Positions 1 through 12,105 of a stretch of 41,995 nt of DNA are shown here, piece after piece. The DNA lies in NCBI RefSeq assembly GCF_001194135.2, contig NC_068983.1, forward strand, positions 157,702,662 through 157,744,656. The letters run 5' to 3'. The notes under the pieces are model-generated. The model was not told the DNA's origin. It did not search any database and saw nothing but the letters and a program-made list of their open reading frames with translations. Position 1 is the first letter of the stretch; each line of letters opens with the position of its first letter. The translations under genes were made by a program, and so were the position numbers. The DNA is from Octopus bimaculoides (taxonomy: Eukaryota).

Positions 1-360
1 TTACGATGTCGAGGGTTCCAGTTGATCCGATCAACAGAACAGCCTGCTCATGAAATTAACGTGCAAGTGGCTGAGCACTCCACAGACACGTGTACCCTTA
101 ACGTAGTTCTCGGGGATATTCAGCGTGACAGTGTGACAAGGCTGACCCTTTGAATTACAGGCACAACAGAAACAGGAAGTAAGGGTGAGAGAAAGTTGTG
201 GTGGAAGAGTACAGCAGGGTTCGCCATCATCCCCTGCTGGAGCCTCGTGGAGCTTTAGGTGTTTTCGCTCAATAAACACTCACAACGCCCGGTTTGGGAA
301 TCGAAACCGCGATCCTATGACTGCGAGTCCGCTGCCCTAACCACTGGGCCATTGCGCCTT
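1..360 (-). mobile_element. tRNA-derived SINE, family A (3' end cut by the window)
   Basis: Minus-strand head with A box TGGCCCAGTGG and B box GGTTTCGATTCC; near-identical copy at 39588-39976. Confidence 0.85.
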
Positions 361-423
361 CACAGTGACTCACTATAAACTCTAGAAATTATAAAAGTTT
401 TAAATATATACTAATTCACTTAC

Positions 424-516
424 ATCTTTTGAAGTACATAAGTATTGGCTCAAGATGTTTTGTGCAGTTAACCGTTCAGCAGGATCTTTTTTTGTCATTT
501 TCTTGATTAGTTCAGC
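424..516 (-). CDS. EIF2AK1: Kinase exon, subdomain XI (AELIKKMTKKDPAERLTAQNILSQYLCTSKD)
   Basis: Acceptor tttttcaaag, donor gtaagt, 93 nt, phase 0-0; conserved subdomain XI Arg. Confidence 0.88.
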
Positions 517-699
517 CTTTGAAAAACAAATAACACATGGAATAAAAGTTAATTGCTTTAAAATTTCCTATTAAACAGCTGAGATTCGAGGTAAAAAAAA
601 CAAACTGATATATAATATTTAGAATGGGTTATAGTACATTTTTTACTATTTTTTCTTCAATCACATATTGTAGAGGGGAGAAAGAAATATTAAATATAT

Positions 700-1147
700 C
701 TCGAAATTGTGGATGGAATGTGTGGAAGAGGTAGACCCAGGAAGACGTGCGATGAAATGGTCAGTAAAGATCTTCAGAAGTTGGGCCTCACAGAGGGGAT
801 GACAAGGGACCAAGTCTTCTAGCAGTTTGCTTGCATGAAAAGACATGTCAAGCTAAGTAAAATTGGGATTGTCCTTGCATACAGGCATGTTCCCAGCATC
901 TCTCTTCAGCTGAGTGACACTAATCTTGCAGGATCATGGGTGCTGGTGTCATGTAAAAGCACCTGTGCTGGTGTTGCACAAAAGCACCCAGTACACTCAA
1001 TAAAATGGTTCGCATTAGGAAGGGCATCCAGCTGTGGAAAGCATGCCAAAACAGACATGGCGCCTGGGCAGCTCTTCAGTTGGCTAGCTTCTGTCAAAAC
1101 ATCCACCCATGCCAGCATGAAAAATGGATGTTAAAGGATGATGATGT
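700..1147 (+). mobile_element. 5'-truncated RTE-clade LINE 3' end with (GAT)n tail
   Basis: Translates as CGRGRPRKTCDEMVSKDLQKLGLTEGMT, followed by the AGGAAGGGCATCCAGCTGT 3' UTR motif; homologous to 31350-32630. Confidence 0.8.
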
Positions 1148-1579
1148 ATTCATGTTTGGTACACACAAAGTAAGTGTATGGTAGGTATCAATTATTAATC
1201 AGGTTAGTGTAAAAGCAATTAGAAATCTAGCTATGCAGATCTGGCAAAGATGGATTAATATCTCCATCATCTCTATTAGTAAAAGCGAAATTCTGTCTGT
1301 CTGTCTGGGACCCCTGTATCTGTCTACATTTGCTCTGCATAGACATCACCATCACCATTCTACATTTCTATTAACTGTTTTTCATACTGGAATAATATGG
1401 AAATGTTGGTAAACAGTTTTACACTTGGTCATTTTGTTTAATCAATATCAATTTTCTATATTCTGAACACACTCTTTCTAAGTTAAGCAAACATTTTCAA
1501 TATAACAGTGAGATTGAGTGAGTGAGCATGCATGCATATTCACCCAGGAGTTACAAGATATAAAAAAACATAGCACACA

Positions 1580-2246
1580 TCATTATCATTTAATGTCCAC
1601 TTTCTTTGTTAGCAAGAGTTAGACATTTTGACTACAACTGGCAAGCCAGAGAGCTGCATCAGGATCCAGTCCGACTTTGGCTTGGTTTCTACAACTGGAT
1701 GCCCTTCCTAATGCCAACCACTCTGAGACTGTAGTAGGTACCTTATATGTGTCACCAAAACAGGTGATTTTACATGTCACCAGCATGGATGCTGTTATGG
1801 ATCACTGGCACTGGCCACAGCTACAATTTCATTTGGCTTGATTAAACAGAATCCACAATACATAACACATGCAGCTTTTTAAACCAACAAATGACTTAAA
1901 AAGTTAAAGAACAAACAAAACATTAGACCAGTGCTTAATAAACAATTTAATAAAAGGAACAAGCTATTACTTACTAAACCTATGTATTAATGATTACAAA
2001 GATGGAATTTCCTTTCCTCAGTTTTTTCCCTTCTCTTTTACTTTCCTGTCTTGCAAGTTATTTGGTAACTGCACTAGTGCCAGTGGCACAAAAAAAAAAA
2101 AAACCTGGCACACACTGTAAAGTGGTTGGTGTTAGGAAGACATCCAGCTGTAGAAACTACACTAAAGCTGACATGGAGTACAGTGCAGATCCTGTCAAAC
2201 TGCCAAAATGCCAGCATGGAAAATGGATGTTAAATGATGATGATGA
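1580..2246. mobile_element. Two decayed RTE 3' UTR fragments in opposite orientation (about 1580-1850 minus, 2050-2246 plus)
   Basis: Both carry the GGATGCCCTTCCTAA / AGGAAGACATCCAGCTGTAGAAA motif and (CAT)/(GAT) tails. Confidence 0.65.
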
Positions 2247-2386
2247 AAAAGGACATTACACAAATGTCAATTAACTAATAAACCAGCTAAACAACTAATG
2301 TAAAAAGAAAAATCACAAGCCATGATTTTACCATCTAACCAACATGCTGTTATTTACAATTCAAAGGTACAAAGCATTAATATTAC

Positions 2387-2527
2387 CTGATCTGGGAAGT
2401 TCTGTACTACTAAGTTATCTATTTTAGAATTTTCTTTCAACACATTGAACAAATCTGTACGTTCAGACATTGTAGTGAAAGAGTAATACAGTTCGTATAT
2501 GATTAAGCCAAGGCTGTATATATCTGA
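2387..2527 (-). CDS. EIF2AK1: Kinase exon, subdomains IX-X (SDIYSLGLIIYELYYSFTTMSERTDLFNVLKENSKIDNLVVQNFPDQ)
   Basis: Acceptor ctattacag, donor gtaata, 141 nt, phase 0-0; DIYSLG and FxTxxER motifs typical of eIF2aKs. Confidence 0.93.
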
Positions 2528-3239
2528 CTGTAATAGAACATGAGAGTGTTATTTAAATATATCACAATTAGAGGAACATTTTAAAAATAAAATTATACAT
2601 TTTCTATTATTCTATTGGTGATAGTAGTGATAACCATTGTGTTCTTGGTCTAGGTAATGTGTTTTCTTGGTTTTGGTTACCTTATGTATGTTTATTGGCG
2701 TATAAGGGTGGAAGCTTGATTAAAATCTGTGAGAAGTACAAGAAAAATGACAACCCTGAGTTACCAAGCCTATGATTAAAGGCATTCTAACTATGACAAT
2801 GCCATTTTCATTTTGTTACATCGTGTGTTTAGAACTAAATTATGCAATGTATTCTATCTTCTGTAAGATAGTAGGTGTAATTTAGCTTTTAAGTTTAGCC
2901 ACCCAACTGGCCACAGAGTGTTTCCCTTCTTTCTTTGTAAATTAAATATTTATTATGAGAGTAACATTTGTAGTATTTTTATAATATCCATAGAATTTTT
3001 ATAGATAAACAAAACAATTTTATTTTACTCTGAATACTGGCCATAAAAAATCTGCCTCAATAAATTCCATCCAAACTGTGCAAGTATGGGAAAAGTGGAT
3101 GTTAGAATGATTTTAAACATGCATTTTATTCTTACGTAAAACTTTATCATTTTTTGGCGAAAGACAGTCAATCAAATCATTATATTTACTCTATTTATGA
3201 AAGAAAAACCAACCAAGATAGCTTTATTAATGTGTTTAC

Positions 3240-3325
3240 CTTTGTGTCATAATTTGAAGAGTTTAGCTGTTCTGGTGCCGAGTAAGTTGATGTACCAACC
3301 CCCACAGAAAGGGAAACAAAATCTT
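3240..3325 (-). CDS. EIF2AK1: Kinase exon, activation loop/subdomain VIII (EDFVSLSVGVGTSTYSAPEQLNSSNYDTK)
   Basis: Acceptor ccatctgtttcag, donor gtaaac, 86 nt, phase 1-0; GTxxYxAPEQ motif. Confidence 0.93.
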
Positions 3326-3751
3326 CTGAAACAGATGGAAAGGAACAAACAAGATATTAACTTTACACTTATGGCTTTCAGAAAGTAGTCTGAACTGGGA
3401 GACTGCAGTCTAATGAGTGAAATAAATAAAAGAAATAAGCTATACAGTAACTCATCATTGACTATTTATCAAAATATTCTTCAGTTTTGCTCAAGTAGGC
3501 AAATTGTAAAGGAGAAACATGTTGATATTTTGGAAGACAAGATATTTATCATAGTTAATTTAATACATTTATATATATTTTGCTGTTTAATAATTATTTT
3601 CTTAGGGCAGTTTTCTTTGTTGGAGTAGTTGTTTTCCTCAGCTTAAGGCTTTTCATATTTCTAACCATTTGTTCATGAAGTAAGTACAACTTACGTTAGT
3701 AAATAGTTCAGAGATGGAAAGTTTTCTGGTAATGCAATGTACAGCATTGTA

Positions 3752-3969
3752 CAAGGGGCTACTGAAAAGTTCCTGGCTTTAAGGGTATTGTGGAAGGTCT
3801 GGTTAGAGGCCCAACCTTCTGAGTTCTTTTACAGGGCTTAGAAAAACTGAAGGATCACTGTAATAAGTTTGTGAATTTGAGAGGGGAATACGTTGAATAA
3901 AATCATAATTAACTGATCCTCCTGTATTTTCTTTTACTCCAAAGCCAGGAACTTTTTAGTACCTCCTTG
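3752..3969 (+). mobile_element. Non-autonomous mariner derivative (MITE), TA-flanked
   Basis: TIRs CAAGGGGCTACTGAAAAGTTCCTGGCTTT / AAAGCCAGGAACTTTTTAGTACCTCCTTG. The interior retains the transposase C-terminus (QGLEKLKDHCNKFVNLRGEYVE*). Confidence 0.8.
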
Positions 3970-4614
3970 TATTTCTGTATCTTGTGAAAAGTATTGAGAG
4001 AGGGAGAGAAAGTTGAAAAGAGAAAGAGAATTTGAAGAGTTAGCAGAATGTAAGGAAGTGTGATGATGGATGGGACACTACTGTTGTTAGCAACTGAAGA
4101 GCTGAGAATAGTGATCCAAAGAAGTAATGATGTCCAGTGGGAAGCGGGAGAAAAGTAAAATATTACATTTGAATGAAGTAGAATAAGAATTTGAATATAT
4201 ATAGCTTTACCAGCGATGGTGGCAGAAGAATTCAGAAAAATTTGAAGAGATTCTTTTGATAAAAGATCAGTGTATGGATTTAATTGAGAAGAGTTGAGAG
4301 CCTGCAGGCTGTATTGTGTATCTATGATGATAGAGTGAATGTTGAGCAAGATTTGGTTGCTATTTCTAGTAGGCTGATTGGCTGCATAAAAACTCCCTCA
4401 TTAATTCATGCTAGGTAAGTGTTTCATAACAGCATCATTTGCTCTCTTGTCAATGTCACAGTTACTGTAATAGTTACTTGAAAGTATTAACAATTACAAA
4501 AACAGATATACAATTTGTACAGTGTTGAAACATGTAGTTTTTAAGGCTGGATACTTTTCTTACAATATAACCACTATAGTGAATATGTGAACTTTTGACA
4601 GGATTCTGGTTTAA

Positions 4615-5108
4615 GTATCCCATAACTTTTTTATTTTTTGGAATCTTTAGAAAATGGTTGAGAATTTATGCTCTACACATGGGAATTAATATGATTATGA
4701 AAACAAAAATTAAAAAATTTTTTTAACCCTCACCCCTTAAATCCTAAAATTGAACTCTTTTTCAATTTTTTAAAAAAAATCAGAGTTTAAAATGCAGATA
4801 GTCTGAATTTGTTGCCTAAAGCCCACCAGTCGACCACCCATGGGTGCATCACTGTTACATAAAATGTGTTTATGAAGAGAAAAATAATGAAAAATATCAA
4901 TATATGTCAGAGTGACAAAGAAATGAGGACGGTATCAGATGGTCATGGGATGTGCTAAAAACAACAGATAAATTACCCTTAAATCACACAAAAAATTTTC
5001 TTGTTTTTTTCATAGTTGTATAAATTCCCATGTGTAGAACACAAATTCACAAAAATGTTCTGAAAATTCCAAAAAATAAAAAAAGTTATGAGGTGTTATA
5101 TGGGTTCC
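4615..5108. mobile_element. TTAA-flanked MITE with long (about 80 bp) imperfect TIRs, possibly Kolobok-like
   Basis: CATAACTTTTTTATTTTTTGGAAT...CTACACATGGGAATT is inverted at both ends; TTAA at 4611-4614 and 5109-5112. Confidence 0.65.
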
Positions 5109-5472
5109 TTAAACTAGAATTCTGACAAACCATCATCATATAGTGTCCCAATATCTTCACAGCTAGTGTGGCTGTTTAAATTATATCTCTAAGACATAAC
5201 AAAAAATGTCCCAGTATTTCATTTAGCCTTGTTTTCTTTGAAAAACTACAGGAATCAACACAAAGAAATGTATATGCATGTCACAAAAAGAAATATTACT
5301 AATAAACTATGCCAGCATTGAAGACAGATGTTTAAAGGTAATGATGATGATGATGAAGCAGTAAATAATACAATTAATTATATCTGATTTTTCCTTATCC
5401 ATTAAAAGGAAAAAAGTACAACTTTGTACCTAATTTAATAGAATAATAATAATTAAGAAGAAAAGGCTTTAC

Positions 5473-5569
5473 CTTTGGTTACATCTGAATCAGATGTGTA
5501 ACTTCTTTTCGCCAAGCCAAAATCTCCTATCTTTACTGAGAAGTTCTCTTTTAAAAAAATATTAGCCGG
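5473..5569 (-). CDS. EIF2AK1: Kinase exon, subdomains VIb-VII (PANIFLKENFSVKIGDFGLAKRSYTSDSDVTK)
   Basis: Acceptor tctgtttacag, donor gtaaag, 97 nt, phase 0-1; KIGDFGLA. Confidence 0.95.
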
Positions 5570-5799
5570 CTGTAAACAGAAATAGTAGTATAAATATATT
5601 TCATTGAATAATAAAGCCTGAAAATGAAAAACTGGGTGCTCCTATTTTGTTAGATACATGATTCAGATTACCTCTCATTTAAGGCTTACATAAACTGTTT
5701 GTCTACTTCAAAAGATTTAGTTGGCAGAGACAACACTAATGACTTCTTAATATAGTAGGTCAGTGTATTGAGAAGTATATTTTTAATGACAAGAGAAGG

Positions 5800-6130
5800 C
5801 ATGGTGATATGGTTAAGAAGTCCACTTCTCAACTACATGCTTTTGGGTTGTTTTGCTGAGTGGCACTTTGGACAAGTGTCTTCTACTATGGCTGTGAGTT
5901 GACCAGAGCCCTATAAGTAGATTTGGTAGATAGATGTTGAAAGTAGCTGTGTGTGTGTGTGTGTTTGCAATAATTGTAAACAAGCATTGCCACCATACAA
6001 GTGGTGTTCTTCTGTGAAAAACATCACTTCTCATGGAATAATATCACTTTGTTTGGAATCAGGTGAGGATTGGCCTCAGTGAATTCCGTCTGACCAAAGC
6101 AAACATGAAAAAGTGGACGTTAATACAATG
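5800..6130 (+). mobile_element. Decayed family C SINE (tRNA head, CORE-like TTGGGCAAGTGTCTTCTACTAT, internal (TG)n)
   Basis: Homologous to the better-preserved copy at 40968-41366. Confidence 0.6.
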
Positions 6131-6189
6131 ATGATGGAACTGTCTTCTTTACTTGTGAGCAACAGGTCTTTGGATATTTACTAAATATT

Positions 6190-6400
6190 GGTTTCAAATT
6201 TTGGCACAAGACCAGCAATTTTAGAGAAGGGATAAATCGATTCATCGACCCCCAATGCTCAACTGGTACTTAATTTATTGACCCCAAAAGGATGAAAGGC
6301 AAAGTCAACCTTGGTGGGATTTGAAAGCAGAATGTAAAGATAGACAAAATGGTGCTAAGCATTTAAGCCCAGTGGGCTATTGATTCTGCCAGCTTGCTAC
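6190..6400 (-). mobile_element. Family D SINE (GTTGACTTTGCCTTTCATCC...TAAGTACCAGTTGAGCA central motif)
   Basis: Same sequence recurs at 23092-23205 (+), 28035-28250 (-), 28600-28720 (+), 28725-28950 (-) and 38900-39090 (+). Confidence 0.7.
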
Positions 6401-6831
6401 CTTATATTTACTAAATGTTACACCTGGTAAACAATAGCATTGTCGATTATAGATTTTGAAATGGTTAATCAGTGGTTCACTGCTTTTCTGACAGTACAAG
6501 TGGCAAGAGCATATCTGTAATTCAGAGCAAAACATACCACTCATCATGTGGGAGAGGTATTCCATTATTAGTAGTATTATTATCCCCATAACACAAACTT
6601 TGTACAAGAGCTGTTCTAACATTACTGTCAATAGTTGTTAGCATCTTAACTTAGATTCTTGCATCATTATTGCATCTAATATTATGAAATACTATCATTA
6701 GAAAATGAATAACTGAGAACGATGATGATGTTTTCATGTAATAATATTTTATGTATCATGGATCTCCATGGATTATTAATATCTGAATTTATTTCCTTTG
6801 AATAAATTAAAAGACAAAAAGCATATTTTAC

Positions 6832-6926
6832 CTTTATGTCCCTGTGAATAATTCCTCTGGAATGTATGAATTCTAAACCTTCCACAGTTTCTTGGAGAAT
6901 TTTCAGATTATTTACAGTATCAATAC
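6832..6926 (-). CDS. EIF2AK1: Kinase exon, catalytic loop (RIDTVNNLKILQETVEGLEFIHSRGIIHRDIK)
   Basis: Acceptor ttttcttttctcag, donor gtaaaa, 95 nt, phase 1-0; HRDIK. Confidence 0.95.
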
Positions 6927-8085
6927 CTGAGAAAAGAAAAGAAGTCATTGCTGTCAAATAATATTTTGGTGAATGATACAGAATCTAAAATATTAATTAA
7001 GAAAAATATTTTAGTGATTTTATAACAAGGATATTCTCTAACTCAGTGAATTGTATCTTAAAATACTTGATTGAGAGTAAAGATTATGTCATTTCCAATT
7101 TGAAATTTTCAAAGAAATGCTGCTACAGTTGTTATGATTCAAAGCAGATATTTCATTCTCTGGAATATTAGATTTGTCTAGGAGGAATGGAAGCTTTATC
7201 TTGGGTGTCAAATTAACATATTTCTATATTAACTATTGCTCATCTTTTTAATTTTGTTGGGTCAAACATGTTTAGTACTTGACCAATTACAAGCTATGTA
7301 ATCATTTTAAAATCAGATTTTGAATGTTTTGCATCTCTTTATCAATGGCAACCAAATAAACAATTTGAAATTAAATTTTCAATCTAAATTAGATTTATCA
7401 TTATTCATGGCCCCAGGAAAAACTGATGTTCTCATAATAACCAGTTTAATATTGTTTGCTTTATTTTTCTAATTATATTTTGTATGTAAGATGAGCAGGT
7501 AAAAATCATTAAATATGTAATGGAGATGAAGAAGTAAAAAGAGAAAAAAAAATCAATACTCTGTGTTGCCAACAGTACATCATCACCAGAAATGGAGTCA
7601 TTTAACATGGCAAAACTTAAGAAAGACAGACTAATAGCTTTCTTTATTATATGAGTGATGGTGAATAGGCATTCTTGATTGTGTATAGCTTAATAATTCA
7701 AAGATAGTGCTGCAGCATACCAATGGTACTATGATGCAGTTGTGAAAATGTTTAGAATACCTGCTTTTGAACCTGGGCCAGTCAATTGACAATTTAAAAG
7801 AATAGGCACCAGAAAGATATTAATGTAATTAATAAATAATGTATCACTGGTACATTTAGTTTCCTGGGTACACAACTGAACTTATTGACAGAAACACATT
7901 GGCTTAAACAGTCAAATAATAACACTGTTATGGATTGGGGCTCATATCTAACCTTCTGAACAAGATACAAATAAATAATTTTTTGTACACATAATATAAC
8001 TACTAGCACAACCTTGTATTTCAATAAGTAAAACTAGTAAGTAATCCATTTAACAGTTACTTAGATAATCCATGAGTAAACTTAC

Positions 8086-8191
8086 GCTCAACTAGTGGTT
8101 TATCATCTTCACTGTTTCTGGAGTTCAGCCAGTCTTCTAATGTTTGTTCACAAAGTTCCATCTGTATATAAAGTGTTTTACAGGATTTATA
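8086..8191 (-). CDS. EIF2AK1: Kinase exon, subdomain V (YKSCKTLYIQMELCEQTLEDWLNSRNSEDDKPLVE)
   Basis: Long poly-T tract plus tagcag acceptor, donor gtaagt, 106 nt, phase 0-1; LYIQMELC hallmark. Confidence 0.95.
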
Positions 8192-8454
8192 CTGCTAAAA
8201 AAAAAAAAAAAAAGAAAAAAGAAAAAAGAAAACAAACTATAATAAAACACTTTCAAGACTGACATAGGATTATGTATTGTAAAAAGCAAAACATAAACCA
8301 TAAAATAAAATTTGGTTTTAAAATTTTTAAACAAACCCACATATACCTGACAGAAAATTTAGAAAATTGTTTTACAAAAATACCTTTTCTATTTAATTGA
8401 TTAAAGCTAAAATTGAAGACAAATTGAAAAGTTTAATATTTTCTTTAGTCATCT

Positions 8455-9347
8455 CTTTTACTCTTTTACTTGTTTCAGTCTTTTGACTGTGGCCATGCTG
8501 GAGCACCGCCTTTCATCATCATCATCATCGTTTAACGTCCGCTTTCCATGCTAGCATGGGTTGGACGATTTGACTGAGGACTGGTGAAACCGGATGGCAA
8601 CACCAGGCTCCAATCTAATTTGGCAGAGTTTCTACAGCCGGATGCCCTTCCTAACGCCAACCACTCAGAGAGTGTAGTGGGTGCTTTTACGTGTCACCCG
8701 CACGAAAACGGCCACGCTCGAAATGGTGTNNNNNNNNNNNNNNNNNNNNNNNNNNNNNNNNNNNNNNNNNNNNNNNNNNNNNNNNNNNNNNNNNNNNNNN
8801 NNNNNNNNNNNNNNNNNNNNNNNNNNNNNNNNNNNNNNNNNNNNNNNNNNNNNNNNNNNNNNNNNNNNNNNNNNNNNNNNNNNNNNNNNNNNNNNNNNNN
8901 NNNNNNNNNNNNNNNNNNNNNNNNNNNNNNNNNNNNNNNNNNNNNNNNNNNNNNNNNNNNNNNNNNNNNNNNNNNNNNNNNNNNNNNNNNNNNNNNNNNN
9001 NNNNNNNNNNNNNNNNNNNNNNNNNNNNNNNNNNNNNNNNNNNNNNNNNNNNNNNNNNNNNNNNNNNNNNNNNNNNNNNNNNNNNNNNNNNNNNNNNNNN
9101 NNNNNNNNNNNNNNNNNNNNNNNNNNNNNNNNNNNNNNNNNNNNNNNNNNNNNNNNNNNNNNNNNNNNNNNNNNNNNNNNNNNNNNNNNNNNNNNNNNNN
9201 NNNNNNNNNNNNNNNNNNNNNNNNNNNNNNNNNNNNNNNNNNNNNNNNNNNNNNNNNNNNNNNNNNNNNNNNNNNNNNNNNNNAAACACACCAGCATCGG
9301 TTATCAAGCGATGTTGGAGGGACAAACACAGACACACAAACACATTC

Positions 9348-9380
<33 letters not shown>

Positions 9381-9546
9381 TACGATGGGCTTCTTTCAGT
9401 TTCCGTCTACCAAATCCACTCACAAGGCTTTGGTCGGCCCAAGGCTATAGTAAAAGACACTTGCCCAAGATGCCACGCAGTGGGACTGAACCCGGGACCA
9501 TGTGGTTGGTAAGCAAGCTACTTACCACACAGCCACTCCTACGCCG
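8455..9546 (-). mobile_element. Family C SINE interrupted at about 8513 by an RTE 3' end, with an assembly gap inside
   Basis: SINE tail 8455-8513; (CAT)n-started RTE UTR 8514-8729; SINE body and tRNA head 9284-9546 with internal (TA)n. Confidence 0.75.
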
Positions 9547-9649
9547 ATTTTTGAGAAAGACACTTTAAGTTACAGTTCAAAATGAGGCTGTTCCTCTATA
9601 TTTGCAAGCAATTACCAATAATCTTCAGCACAAAATGAAAAAAATCTGG

Positions 9650-10125
9650 AGAAATAAGACTTGGGCTCACTAAACCCAATGGAGACCTGTGCCCCATTGT
9701 GGTCGGCTTCACCCTTTGCCGTCTCACTGCAAAGGTGTGCTTACAATCAGTCTCTAGCTTATTGGAGGAGGAATTTTCCTCCACCCAACTAGGAGTGGGC
9801 ACCAAATTGGGATGTGAAGCTGTTGCCCATGCTATCAGAGCCTATGCCAACTTTCCCTCCTTGTCACCTAAGGTCATCCTCAAACTTGACCATAAGAATG
9901 CCTTCAACTCCATCAGCCGTAGACTCTACCACCTTGCATGGCAGGCTTATCAGGAGCCCTCCTATCTCTCTTTCGGTGACCACATCATCACCTCCACCTC
10001 AGGAGTCCAACAGGGAGACCCATTTAGGCCCTCTCTGTTTGCACTGGGCATTGATGACATCACCAAAATGGGTGTCGAGCTAGACCTCAATGTCTGGTTT
10101 CTTGATGATGTTTGTTTGGGGAGAC
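9650..10125 (+). mobile_element. CRE-clade non-LTR retrotransposon reverse transcriptase relic
   Basis: LTKPNGDLCPIVVG-FTLCRLTAK...LGVG...GCEAVAHA...LKLDHKNAFNS...GVQQGDP...LNVWFLDD follows the CRE/SLACS-type RT pattern. Confidence 0.8.
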
Positions 10126-10409
10126 CTCTGAGAGAAAAAGTAGAGCATTTTGAATTTATCTCCAAAAATCTGATAGAGGATTACACTAGCCATGTAACTA
10201 AATCGCAAATGATTATAAAATTGAGTAAAAGAAAAGGATATTTCCTGTAAATAAAAGAGAAAGTAGGTATAAAATAAAGGTAAAAGAAAAATGACAAGCT
10301 GAAGTAACTCAAACAAGAAATTAATACAGGAGATTGTGGTTTTTGTTGAAAGCTAATTACAAAATCTAGAAATGATCTTAATTTATGCCAGAGCAGCTGT
10401 GTGGCTTCC

Positions 10410-10705
10410 GTGCCGGTGGCATGTAAATAGCACCATTTGAGCGCGATCATTACTAGCGTCACCTTACTGGCACATGAAAATACATTCGAGCGAGGTTGTT
10501 GCTAGTGCCACTGGACTGGCTCCTGTGCAGGTAGCATGTAAAAAACACCATTTTGAGTGTGGCCGTTGCCAATACCGCCTAACTGGCCCTCGTGCCGGTG
10601 GCACGTAAAAGCACGCACTACACTCTCAGAGTGGTTGGTGTTAGAAAGGGCATCCAGCTGTAGAAACTCTGCCAGATCAGATTGGAGCCTGGGGCAGAAA
10701 ATCAG
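10410..10705 (+). mobile_element. RTE 3' UTR fragment with internal GTGCCGGTGGCA...AAAAGCACC subrepeats
   Basis: Homologous to 27600-27892 and 32480-32630. Confidence 0.75.
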
Positions 10706-10790
10706 TAAAAAAAAAAAACATTCATCAATAACAATATGTGAAGCAAATGTCAAATGAAATAAGAAAAATAAAAAAAGAAGTGATACTTAC

Positions 10791-10896
10791 AATTAGCGGA
10801 GATCCTTGAGAGTTACAAAGTTGATTATCAGAACTTTCAGAGGAATCACTTGAATTGAAAGATGAATCTAATTCTTTGATATTTAATTTCTGAAAG
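10791..10896 (-). CDS. EIF2AK1: Kinase-insert exon (FQKLNIKELDSSFNSSDSSESSDNQLCNSQGSPLI)
   Basis: Poly-T acceptor ttccttcaag, donor gtaagt, 106 nt, phase 2-0; Ser/acidic content typical of the eIF2aK insert. Confidence 0.82.
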
Positions 10897-11334
10897 CTTG
10901 AAGGAAAAAAAAAAAAAAAAAGGAATGTTTATTATGATTTCACCTTTAACATTCAGATTACGTTGTCAAATGTAATGCTCACTTATTCATATTGTTTTGA
11001 ATTAATCACACATTATCTCATAGCTTTAAAATTTCAGTGATGTGATTGTTTATTTTTAAGATGTATGGTAGGTGTGAGAGTTCAGGTCTGATTGCTTTGA
11101 ATACAAAACAGGTTAAATATTTGGGCTGGATATGGTTGGTTTAAATGCCAGAGGATTAAAATACTTACAAATTATTTTATTAAACAATAGTGTGGCAAGC
11201 TAAGCCTGGGATACAGCTTCAAGTCTTTGTTAAATAATTTGACATTTATTTCTCATATATGTGATTTTCAAATGTAATCAAAAGACATGGGTGAGATGGA
11301 CTTCATATGATGGGCTTATACTAATTACATTATG

Positions 11335-11797
11335 TGGGAGTACTGAAAAGTTCCTGGCTTTAAGGGTATTGTGAAAGGCCTGGTTGGAGGCCAAACCTTT
11401 CAAGTTCTTTTTATATCTTGTTTGATAATTATTTTCCTATGGTAGTTTTTTTTCTTTTTTTCCACATCTTAAGCCTTTTCATATTTCTAACCATTCAACC
11501 ATGATGCAGTAAGTACAACTTATGTTAGTGAATAGTTCAGAGATGAAGAGTTTTCTGATAATGCAATATATAGCAGTGTACAAGGGGGTGCTGTAAAGTT
11601 CCTGGCTTTAAGGGCATTGTAAAAGGCCTAGTTGGAAGCTCCACCTTCTGAGTTCTTTTTACAGTGCTTAGAAAAACTGAAGGACTACTGCAATAAGTAT
11701 GTGAATCTGAGAGGGGAATATGTTAAATAAAATCATAATAAATTGATCCTTCCGTATTTTCTACTCAAAGCCAAGAGCTTTTCAGCAACACCATAGT
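11335..11797 (+). mobile_element. Composite mariner derivative: extra left TIR at about 11335, about 120-bp spacer, then a MITE copy at 11581-11797
   Basis: Same TIR and interior as 3752-3969; also shares the about 120 bp upstream of it. Confidence 0.7.
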
Positions 11798-11945
11798 ACA
11801 TAATTTCAAACTGTTTGAGGGTGGATCAACAACTTTTAGAGATTAAAGGGAATATGTACATAGCTACTTGACTTGTTAGACTATTGACCAAATCTCCATC
11901 TGTTCATACCCTCCTGGTTTTTTAAAGAAATATAAAACATACTGG

Positions 11946-12105
11946 ATTACTCTTTTACTTGTTTCAGTCATTTGACTGTGGCCATGCTGGAGCACCACCT
12001 TTAGTCAAACAAATCGACACCAGGACTTATTGCTAGTAATATTTATTCTTTTATTCTTTTACTTGTTTCAGTCATTTGACTGTGGCCATGCTGGAGCACT
12101 GGCTT
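11946..12105 (-). mobile_element. Two tandem family C SINE 3' tails
   Basis: TTTTACTTGTTTCAGTCATTTGACTGTGGCCATGCTGGAGCAC occurs twice. Confidence 0.75.

Noticed and set aside
3909-4349. 146-aa minus-strand ORF
   Set aside because: Ser/Leu/Ile low-complexity product of a purine-skewed tract overlapping a MITE; no motif or splice support.
5114-5189. Minus-strand RYNLNSHTSCEDIGTLYDDGLSEF*, resembling an activation loop
   Set aside because: Wrong phase and ends in a stop; the true subdomain VIII exon is 3240-3325.
6682-6957. 91-aa ORF as a standalone kinase gene
   Set aside because: It is one exon (6832-6926) read through into intron on both sides.
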